Source of the DNA: an uncultured bacterium
Lineage (GTDB): Bacteria; Patescibacteriota; Microgenomatia; Levybacterales; UBA12049
NCBI GenBank assembly: GCA_963826535.1
Contig: CAWGXL010000010.1
Location: 298,814-362,813, forward strand
Reading direction: 5' to 3'
DNA length: 64,000 bases
Positions 55,962 through 64,000 of this stretch are shown in pieces (the stretch's first letter is position 1; each line of letters begins with the position of its first letter). The position numbers and the translations under genes were made by a program. Below the pieces are notes generated by a model, which worked only from the letters and a program-made list of their open reading frames with translations, made no database searches and was not told the origin of the DNA.

Positions 55962-57782
55962 GTGAAAAAAACACACGCTCTCTTCAAAAACTCCAATAGA
56001 GAGTTATTCCTTATTCTAATAGTGATATTGGGTTTTGCAATCTTTATTCCGATTTTTACATATATCTTTTTCGCACAAGATCTAAAAGACAAAAACAGTA
56101 TAATGAATAAGAATGACACAGGTGTTATTCTATTTGATAGCCAAAATCATCCCTTTTTTACTTTATATCAGGCTAAATACATAAAATTTATTCCTTTTTC
56201 GCAAATTCCAAAAACTATGCAGTTTGCAGTTATTGCATCGGAAGACAAAGACTTTTATAACCATTCAGGTTTTTCTCTCAAGTCTATTTTAAGAGCTATA
56301 TCCATGAACTTAACAACCAAAGACCAATTATACGGCGGATCCACCATAACACAACAGCTTGTTAAGAATGCGTTATTAAATTCCAATAAAAATATTACCA
56401 GGAAATTACAGGAAGTCGTTCTTGCACTTGAAATAGAAAGAAAATACAGTAAAAGCGAAATCCTGGAAATGTATTTAAATTCAGTATATTTTGGAGAAGG
56501 ATCATTCGGGGTAGAAAATGCCGCAAAATTTTATTTCAATAAAAATACAACAGCACTAAATCTCAACGAGGAAGCTTTTTTGGCAGCTATCCTTCCTTCT
56601 CCTTCTTCGCTCTCACCTTTCAGGGGAAATGTAGTAAATGTAAAAAAACTCAAAAACATAGTTCTAAAAAAAATGTATGAACAAAAATACATTACAAAAT
56701 TACAAATGCACCGGGCAATTAACGAGCCATTGGTGTTCCATACCGGCAACAAAGATATAAATGTAATTGCTCCCCATTTTGCGTTAATGATACGGGATGA
56801 ATTAGTAAAGAATTACGGTGAAGAATTTATTTCTCGCTCAGGTTTCCGGGTAAAAACTACACTAAATCCCGACTGGCAGGAAATAACAGAAAAAGCAGTT
56901 TCCGACCAAGTTACAAATCTGCAAAGAAATAATGTAAGTAACGGTGCGGCCGTAGTATTAGACCCAAGAACCGGTGAAATTAAAGCACTTGTAGGTAGCA
57001 CTAATTGGTACGATGATAAATTCGGAAAAATGAATCTTGCTACTGCCCCCCGCTCCATGGGTTCGTCATTCAAGCCTATTGTATATTCGGCAGCACTTGA
57101 ACTGGGCCTCATAACGCCTGAAACTATTTTGCGTGACGTACCGACAACCTTTGAAGGGGGATATAAGCCGAACAATTATGACAGAAAATTCAGAGGAAAC
57201 GTATCAGTCCGTCGCGCTCTTGCTAATTCCTTAAATGTTCCTTCAGTTGAAGTAATGCAAAGAGTTGGAATTCATAATGCTCTGGAAATGGTTAAAAGAT
57301 TAGGTATAACCTCATTAAAAACCCCGTCTGATTATGGATTGTCTCTTGTTTTAGGTGCAGGAGAAGTAAGTCTTTTGGAAATGACCGGAGTTTACGCGGT
57401 ACTAGCTAATCAAGGAGTAAAAAACACACCTATAACTATTCTAGAGATTTATAACAAACAAGAAAAGAAAATATATACATACGTTCCCGCTCGAAAAAAA
57501 GTATTAAACCCGGAAGTTACCACAATAATCACCTCTATACTTTCAGACAATAAAGCCAGAGCAGAAGTATTTGGCAATCTCTTAACGGTCTCACAATCTG
57601 CGGCAGTCAAAACAGGAACAGCGGAAGATTGGCGCGATTCAATAACAATAGGTTATACTCCTACCCTTTCCATTGGAGTATGGATAGGAAATAATGATAA
57701 TACACCTATGGACGGTATAGCTGGCTCACTTGGAGCTGCTCCTATTTGGAAAACTCTTATTCAAAAACTATCTTCCTCGTAA
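55962..57782 (+). CDS. Bifunctional class A penicillin-binding protein (GT51 transglycosylase + transpeptidase)
   Basis: GT51 motifs EDKDFYNHSGF and GGSTITQQLVKN. Transpeptidase SxxK SMGSSFKP. N-terminal TM anchor. Confidence 0.9.
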   Translation: MKKTHALFKNSNRELFLILIVILGFAIFIPIFTYIFFAQDLKDKNSIMNKNDTGVILFDSQNHPFFTLYQAKYIKFIPFSQIPKTMQFAVIASEDKDFYNHSGFSLKSILRAISMNLTTKDQLYGGSTITQQLVKNALLNSNKNITRKLQEVVLALEIERKYSKSEILEMYLNSVYFGEGSFGVENAAKFYFNKNTTALNLNEEAFLAAILPSPSSLSPFRGNVVNVKKLKNIVLKKMYEQKYITKLQMHRAINEPLVFHTGNKDINVIAPHFALMIRDELVKNYGEEFISRSGFRVKTTLNPDWQEITEKAVSDQVTNLQRNNVSNGAAVVLDPRTGEIKALVGSTNWYDDKFGKMNLATAPRSMGSSFKPIVYSAALELGLITPETILRDVPTTFEGGYKPNNYDRKFRGNVSVRRALANSLNVPSVEVMQRVGIHNALEMVKRLGITSLKTPSDYGLSLVLGAGEVSLLEMTGVYAVLANQGVKNTPITILEIYNKQEKKIYTYVPARKKVLNPEVTTIITSILSDNKARAEVFGNLLTVSQSAAVKTGTAEDWRDSITIGYTPTLSIGVWIGNNDNTPMDGIAGSLGAAPIWKTLIQKLSSS

Positions 57783-59431
<1,649 letters not shown>

Positions 59432-59575
59432 AAAATCACCTACAAGCTCATTCTTTATTAACTCTTTCTTACGCTATTCTAATTAATTATACACCAACAA
59501 GCAATACAATTTTATTTATAAGGTCAACAACAATAATTACAAATATACACATCAATGAGAGGAGGTGATAACTAT

Positions 59576-59764
59576 ATGGTTAAAAAAATAGGCTTAGCAA
59601 CAGGAACTTTCGCGCTTGCTGCAATAATGGCAGGAACAGTAGCCTTTGCGCAAACTGCAACACCAACAGCAACTGTAAGCCCAATTCCAACAACTAGTAC
59701 AACAACACTGACACCAACGCCATCTGCTTCAATTCCTAGCGGAGCACCTGCAACTGGTAGATAA
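59576..59764 (+). CDS. Small secreted Thr/Pro-rich protein
   Basis: Signal peptide MVKKIGLATGTFALAAIMAGTVAFA, then a T/P-rich 40 aa ending PATGR. Near-perfect SD GAGGAGGTGA. The track's upstream ATG lies inside the SD. Confidence 0.45.
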   Translation: MVKKIGLATGTFALAAIMAGTVAFAQTATPTATVSPIPTTSTTTLTPTPSASIPSGAPATGR

Positions 59765-59792
59765 TGATGCTAAGAAATATATGATGTAAAAT

Positions 59793-59832
59793 AAGAAAGA
59801 TGTGTCCGCCGTTTGGTTGGCGCATCTTTCTT
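59793..59832. terminator. Stem-loop AAGAAAGATG...CATCTTTCTT with an inner CGCC/GGCG stem
   Basis: 10-bp outer inverted repeat at 59793-59802 and 59823-59832. The flanks are A-rich rather than T-rich, so terminator function is uncertain. Confidence 0.35.
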
Positions 59833-59840
59833 AAAAAAGC

Positions 59841-60459
59841 ATGAGAAAATTATTAAGCATTTGTCTAGTTATAATTATTATATTCGGTGGCATTTTACTT
59901 GGAGTTACGATTGCTCAAAAAGCCAAACACAGAGAGATAATTAAAGACAAACCTCAAACCCTCTCAACTCAAACCAAAGTTACACCAACCGCGGTTGCAA
60001 CTTTAACAATATTACCCGAAATACCTAGTCAACTTTCAATCCCATCTATTAATGTAAATGCGGACATAGAGCAGGTCGGTCTTGATGCACAAGGAAAAAT
60101 GGACGTACCCAAAACACATATCACTGTAGGTTGGTACTCATTGGGATTTAGACCGGGGCAGAAAGGGAATGCTGTGCTCGCTGGACATTTAGACCATCCC
60201 AGCGGGTCACCGGCAGTATTTTGGAATTTGCCTAAACTCAAAGCCGGTGACAAAATAATTATCACTGATTCAAATAGAAACTCTTACACATTTTCAGTCA
60301 CACATACGGAAAAATATCCACACGAACCAATTTCCCTTAATCGAGGTTTTTGGCAACTCGGATCAGGCTGGATTGAATCTGATCACTTGTGAAGGCTCCT
60401 GGAATAGCGTAACTGAAAACTATTCTCATAGGACAGTAGTCTATACCAAAATGGATTAA
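59841..60459 (+). CDS. Sortase (class D/E-like transpeptidase), frameshifted in a T5 run
   Basis: TM anchor, then LAGHLDHP (catalytic His). The ORF stops at 60392. The +1 frame continues GNSDQAGLNLITCEGSWNSVTENYSHRTVVYTKMD (TLxTC Cys and conserved Arg) to 60459. Dropping one T of the TTTTT near 60345 restores the frame. Confidence 0.65.
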
Positions 60460-60471
60460 TTTTTCTATTTT

Positions 60472-60524
60472 TATTCCCTCTCATTTTAGGTGCGGAGCCA
60501 CGGCAAGCCCGCCTGTTATGACAA
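60472..60524. repeat. Palindromic intergenic element, copy D (minus orientation: TTGTCAT...GAGGGAATAA)
   Basis: The reverse complement begins TTGTCATaacaggcgggcttgcc...gagagggaataa. It shares the termini and the GC-rich gcccgcc core with copy A. Confidence 0.45.
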
Positions 60525-60630
60525 GAGCGGAGAGAGTTAGGGTGAAGTTAAATTAAGCATGCTATTGCCTGCCGAAATAATCATTAGGGTTTACACAGCT
60601 CATCATTTTAATATAAAATAAATGTGCCAA

Positions 60631-60993
60631 ATGAATAAAAAAATCCTGATCGCAGAAGACGACGCGGCAATCCTGGAAGTAATAAAAATTATTTTAGAAG
60701 GAGAAGGTTACGCAATTATCTCAACCGATGATAAAGAAACGATCTTCTCACTGATTACGGAGCACAGCCCCGGCTTGATTTTGCTTGATATTTGGCTTTC
60801 CGGGCATGACGGAGGCAAAATAGCAAAAAATCTAAAAACTAAAGAAGAAACACAACACATTCCTGTAATCCTGATTTCTGCCAATAACGAAACTGCCAAA
60901 ATCACCAAAGAATCAGGTGCTGACGATTATCTCCTCAAACCCTTTGATATCGATGATTTATTAAAAATTGTTAAAAAATACCACCAAAATTAA
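60631..60993 (+). CDS. Single-domain CheY-like response regulator
   Basis: KKILIAEDDAAILEVI...LILLDIWLSGHDGGKIAKNLK...ILISAN...KPFDIDDL. The track start at 60622 (MCQM) is probably 3 codons too early. Confidence 0.85.
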   Translation: MNKKILIAEDDAAILEVIKIILEGEGYAIISTDDKETIFSLITEHSPGLILLDIWLSGHDGGKIAKNLKTKEETQHIPVILISANNETAKITKESGADDYLLKPFDIDDLLKIVKKYHQN

Positions 60994-60994
60994 C

Positions 60995-62335
60995 CTAAGC
61001 TTCAACCCCTAACTCACTTAATAGATAAAAAGACCCGGTAATAACTATTTTGGTTTTATCTTTTGAATTTAATAAATCTGCAAAAGCCATTTTTGGATTT
61101 GTTTTAATTCGATAATTTGTGAATCCGATTTGCGAAAGAGTACTGGTAATTAATTTGGGTTTTATTGATTCATGAAACCAATCATGTGTATAAATTTTAA
61201 ATGAGGTAATCATAATACTTTTAGCCAACGGAGCAATTATTTGCAATAATGGTTTAATTTCTTTTGTACTCTTAAAAGCAATTAAAAAATTAAATTTGTA
61301 TTTAGGATACAAATGCGCAATTGCTTGAATAAAAGCTTTCATTTTTTGTTCATTATGTGCTGCATCAAAAATAACCATTTTTTTACTTATACGGTATATA
61401 CTTAATCGACCAAAAAAATCTGCTTTTATTAAAGCTTGACGAAGAAGATTTTCGTCAATAACAAAACCATCACGCTTGGACAGAACACTAAGCGCAGCCA
61501 ATGCTAAACTGCAATTTTCTGCCTGAAATGCTCCTATTAATCCCAGAGTTAGTTTTAGCCAATGATTCCCAAAAAAATTAAAAGTAAATATTGTTTTATC
61601 TTTAAATTCTTTTACATCTTTAAAATTAACCCTCTCCCGAATAACAATTGTTTTTGCCATTTTTAATTTCGCGGTATTTGTCAATATCAACTGCGCTTCA
61701 GTTTTTTGCCCGGTAGTTATAACAACTGCATTATTAGTAATTATCCCGGCCTTTTGTTTCGCTATAGCAATAATGCCCTTCCCCAAAATCTCCATATGAT
61801 CCAATCCAAGTTTAGTTATAATGCAAATCTTATCATCGCGATCCACAACGTTTGTAGCATCCATTAGACCACCAATTCCTGTTTCTATCACTGCATAATT
61901 TACATTTTCTTTCCAAAAATAATAAAAAGCTAAAGCCGTAAGAATCTCAAAATATGTAGGAGAACCAAACTCGGTTTCACGCATCTTTTCAATAAATGGA
62001 ATGAGCTGATTTAAATACTTAACAAACTGATTTTTCCGGATAAATCTATTATTTATACGGATCCGCTCTCTAATATCATTAATATGAGGTGAAATAACAA
62101 GTCCGGTACTCTTTCCCTGAGAAGCCAATATAACACTCAGAAGATAAGCAGTAGAACTTTTCCCCGAAGTTCCTGCTATATGTATTACTTTCAATTTATT
62201 CTGAGGATTCCCTAAAAATTGCAATAAATATTTAGTCCGCCTAACCCCAACACCACCCTGAAAAAGCCTCCTAGGATTTTCGGGAATATGAGCAGATAAA
62301 TAACTCAGCCCTTCTGTGAAATTCTCAATCTTCAT
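60995..62335 (-). CDS. folC: Folylpolyglutamate synthase/dihydrofolate synthase (Mur ligase family)
   Basis: P-loop KVIHIAGTSGKSSTAYLL. Mur ligase middle and C-terminal domains. Its stop lies 1 nt from the RR stop (convergent). Confidence 0.8.
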   Translation of the reverse strand: MKIENFTEGLSYLSAHIPENPRRLFQGGVGVRRTKYLLQFLGNPQNKLKVIHIAGTSGKSSTAYLLSVILASQGKSTGLVISPHINDIRERIRINNRFIRKNQFVKYLNQLIPFIEKMRETEFGSPTYFEILTALAFYYFWKENVNYAVIETGIGGLMDATNVVDRDDKICIITKLGLDHMEILGKGIIAIAKQKAGIITNNAVVITTGQKTEAQLILTNTAKLKMAKTIVIRERVNFKDVKEFKDKTIFTFNFFGNHWLKLTLGLIGAFQAENCSLALAALSVLSKRDGFVIDENLLRQALIKADFFGRLSIYRISKKMVIFDAAHNEQKMKAFIQAIAHLYPKYKFNFLIAFKSTKEIKPLLQIIAPLAKSIMITSFKIYTHDWFHESIKPKLITSTLSQIGFTNYRIKTNPKMAFADLLNSKDKTKIVITGSFYLLSELGVEA

Positions 62336-62550
62336 TTTATTTTCTTATTTTATTTCGCACGCACACCTTTCAATTGAATCTGATTATTGAAAACGTTGCA
62401 GCTCACGAAAGCATTCACATTCATCCATACGTGGAATTATATATTTTAGATCGTAAATATTCAATTAGACCCAAGCCAACCGAAAGGTTGCTAAAAACCC
62501 TAAAATATGATTAACTAATCACAACCTGTATTTTAATTTGCAAACATAAA

Positions 62551-63003
62551 ATGGAAAATAATACTTCAGTAATGCACAATTTTAACGATAAAAATTCAAA
62601 AAACCCATTCTCTTTGAAATATGTCATAGTGCTTGTTGTCATAATTGGCCTCGGATTTGGCTCAGGCTTTATTTTATCTAAAATTTCTCCAAACCTGATT
62701 CAAGATAATGCCTTACCATCGCCAGTTGGAAAAAACGCAATAGAAAAAGGGAAAACTTACGGATCCAATGATACAAGTACTTTCAAAGACAGCACTGAGG
62801 GGGTCTTAAAAGAAGGAGGAATAGAAGGCGAAGGACAATACCATTTAGTACGTCCCGGAGGAGATAGTCAAAACGTCTATGTTACATCTTCGCTTGTGGA
62901 TTTATCACTTTTTTTAAACAAGAAAATTAAAGTCTGGGGTGAAACTCAAACAGCCCAAAAAGCCGGCTGGCTCATGGATGTAGGAAGGGTTGAAGTGCTT
63001 TAA
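62551..63003 (+). CDS. Hypothetical membrane-anchored protein
   Basis: 150 aa with an N-terminal TM helix [20 protein letters not shown] and a soluble C-terminal domain. Confidence 0.4.
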   Translation: MENNTSVMHNFNDKNSKNPFSLKYVIVLVVIIGLGFGSGFILSKISPNLIQDNALPSPVGKNAIEKGKTYGSNDTSTFKDSTEGVLKEGGIEGEGQYHLVRPGGDSQNVYVTSSLVDLSLFLNKKIKVWGETQTAQKAGWLMDVGRVEVL

Positions 63004-63009
63004 TTAGTT

Positions 63010-63693
63010 ATGATTAAGCTTGATAATGTCTCAAAAGTATATAAGACTGGGACAGCCGCATTAACAGACTTAACATTCTCAATTGATAAAGGGGAATTTG
63101 TTTTCCTTGTTGGCCCATCAGGTTCAGGAAAAACAACTCTTTTTCGTTTGCTTATTAGAGATACTTTGCCATCAAAAGGTATGATACATATCAACGAATG
63201 GGAATTAAGCAAATTATCCAAAAAAAAAGTCCCGCACTTGCGTAAAAAAATAGGCGTTGTATTCCAAGACCTAAAACTTCTCAAAGACAGGACTGTATAC
63301 GAGAATATTTTATTTCCCCTCGAAGTAACTAATACGTCAAATGCAGCTGCAAAACAAAAAGTCGACAAAATCCTCGAAGAAGTAGGAATTACCGAACACA
63401 AAAATAAATTTCCTCTCCAGCTCTCCGGTGGGGAGTTACAACGTGTTGCAATTGCCCGTGCTTTAGTTTTTAATCCAGACATTGTACTTGCAGATGAGCC
63501 TACAGGCAACCTCGATATGACAACTTCCTGGGAAATACTCAGGCTACTTCAAGACATAAATAAAACTGGTACCACAATTATCATGGCAACCCACAATACT
63601 GATATAATAAATAGTCTGCTAAAACGTGTAATAACACTGGAAAAAGGAAAAGTTATAAAAGATGAAAGTAACCGTTCAAAAAAAGTTAAATGA
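63010..63693 (+). CDS. ftsE: Cell-division ABC ATPase FtsE
   Basis: Walker [20 protein letters not shown] signature [15 protein letters not shown]. Walker [13 protein letters not shown]. Confidence 0.9.
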   Translation: MIKLDNVSKVYKTGTAALTDLTFSIDKGEFVFLVGPSGSGKTTLFRLLIRDTLPSKGMIHINEWELSKLSKKKVPHLRKKIGVVFQDLKLLKDRTVYENILFPLEVTNTSNAAAKQKVDKILEEVGITEHKNKFPLQLSGGELQRVAIARALVFNPDIVLADEPTGNLDMTTSWEILRLLQDINKTGTTIIMATHNTDIINSLLKRVITLEKGKVIKDESNRSKKVK

Positions 63694-63754
63694 AAATTAA
63701 TAATTATCTGATGAGTGAGAACAATAAACTATCCCGCAGCAAGCTGACGGGTTA

Positions 63755-63855
63755 TTGTCATTCCGAGCGACCAACGGGAGTCGAGGAATCTCATACCACA
63801 ATGTTACTAAGTGACATGAGATCCCTCCACGCGCTTCGCTTAGTCGGGATGACAG
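63755..63855. repeat. Palindromic intergenic element, copy C (TTGTCATTCC...GGGATGACA), about 100 bp imperfect inverted repeat between ftsE and ftsX
   Basis: Head tgtcattccgagcga and tail (reverse complement) tgtcatcccgactaagcga. It fills most of the unusual 215-bp ftsE-ftsX spacer. The track ORF 63690-63911 that covers it is judged spurious. Confidence 0.5.
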
Positions 63856-63907
63856 CGTCTCCGCTGCAAGAAACGAGCAATAAAACCTTAAAAGAGATAA
63901 AATTTTT

Positions 63908-64000
63908 ATGAGATCGGTAAAAACAAGCTGGAAACATATCAGAAGAAATCCATATCAGTCAATGGCTGCAATCTTCATAACAATGATTACGTTTTTTGCC
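63908..64000 (+). CDS. ftsX: Cell-division protein FtsX (N-terminal fragment, runs off the window end)
   Basis: MRSVKTSWKHIRRNPYQSMAAIFITMITFF matches the FtsX N-terminal pattern (K..R.NP..S....). Confidence 0.7.
   Translation, partial: MRSVKTSWKHIRRNPYQSMAAIFITMITFFA

Noticed and set aside
63690-63911. 73-aa ORF between ftsE and ftsX
   Set aside because: It is entirely composed of the imperfect inverted-repeat element (copy C), and its translation is low-complexity. The ftsX ATG at 63908 overlaps its stop. Judged non-coding.

Overview
This 64 kb window is low-GC and tightly packed. It looks like a small-genome bacterium with a Gram-positive-like envelope (CPR/Saccharibacteria-like is an inference from the sortase, PBPs, many glycosyltransferases, a KGG stress protein and UDG family 4). 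No transposase, integrase, CRISPR array or rRNA was found, and only one tRNA (Val-CAC).

Most of the window is conserved housekeeping: rnj (partial), the rpsO-pnp operon, a sigma-70 factor, pyrG, rplS-yraN, pyk, uvrB, flavodoxin, ileS, rodA/ftsW, rplU, rpmA, an orphan parB, lepB, a D,D-carboxypeptidase, UDG4, PBP1A, purA, yjbQ, folC and ftsE-ftsX (partial).

The accessory content worth a second look is:
- A three-gene minus-strand cluster between rnj and pnp. It is built around a Lon-derived AAA+ ATPase with no LAN or protease domain plus two unknown proteins, and is preceded by an array of AAATGGT motifs that includes two perfect palindromes.
- A sigma54-activator-like AAA+ protein with a GAFTSA loop and no receiver or C-terminal HTH, translationally coupled to a CYTH/triphosphate-tunnel-like protein.
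- A roughly 14 kb surface-glycan locus. It holds GT4, a Dpm1-like GT2, a GT2-membrane fusion, three or four large polytopic GT-C-like membrane proteins, an SDR epimerase, a Wzx flippase and a SAM methyltransferase.
- A stress-protein trio (KGG, GlsB/YeaQ, YtxH) with near-perfect Shine-Dalgarno sites and a shared 35-nt upstream motif.
- A cytoplasmic histidine kinase, an (α/α)6 glycoside hydrolase, an atypical MoxR-like AAA+ / VWA pair and an OmpR-family regulator.
- A membrane-anchored protein that fuses a variant GH18 domain to a GH19 lysozyme-like domain, next to the PBP genes.
- A four-copy intergenic palindromic repeat family with TGTCATTCC...GGGAATGACA ends.
- Three single-base frameshifts: a RelE-family toxin, an SDR epimerase and a sortase. 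The sortase and epimerase breaks are in homopolymer runs (T5 and A8), the RelE break in a TATTATATTATA repeat; all could be sequencing errors or pseudogenes.
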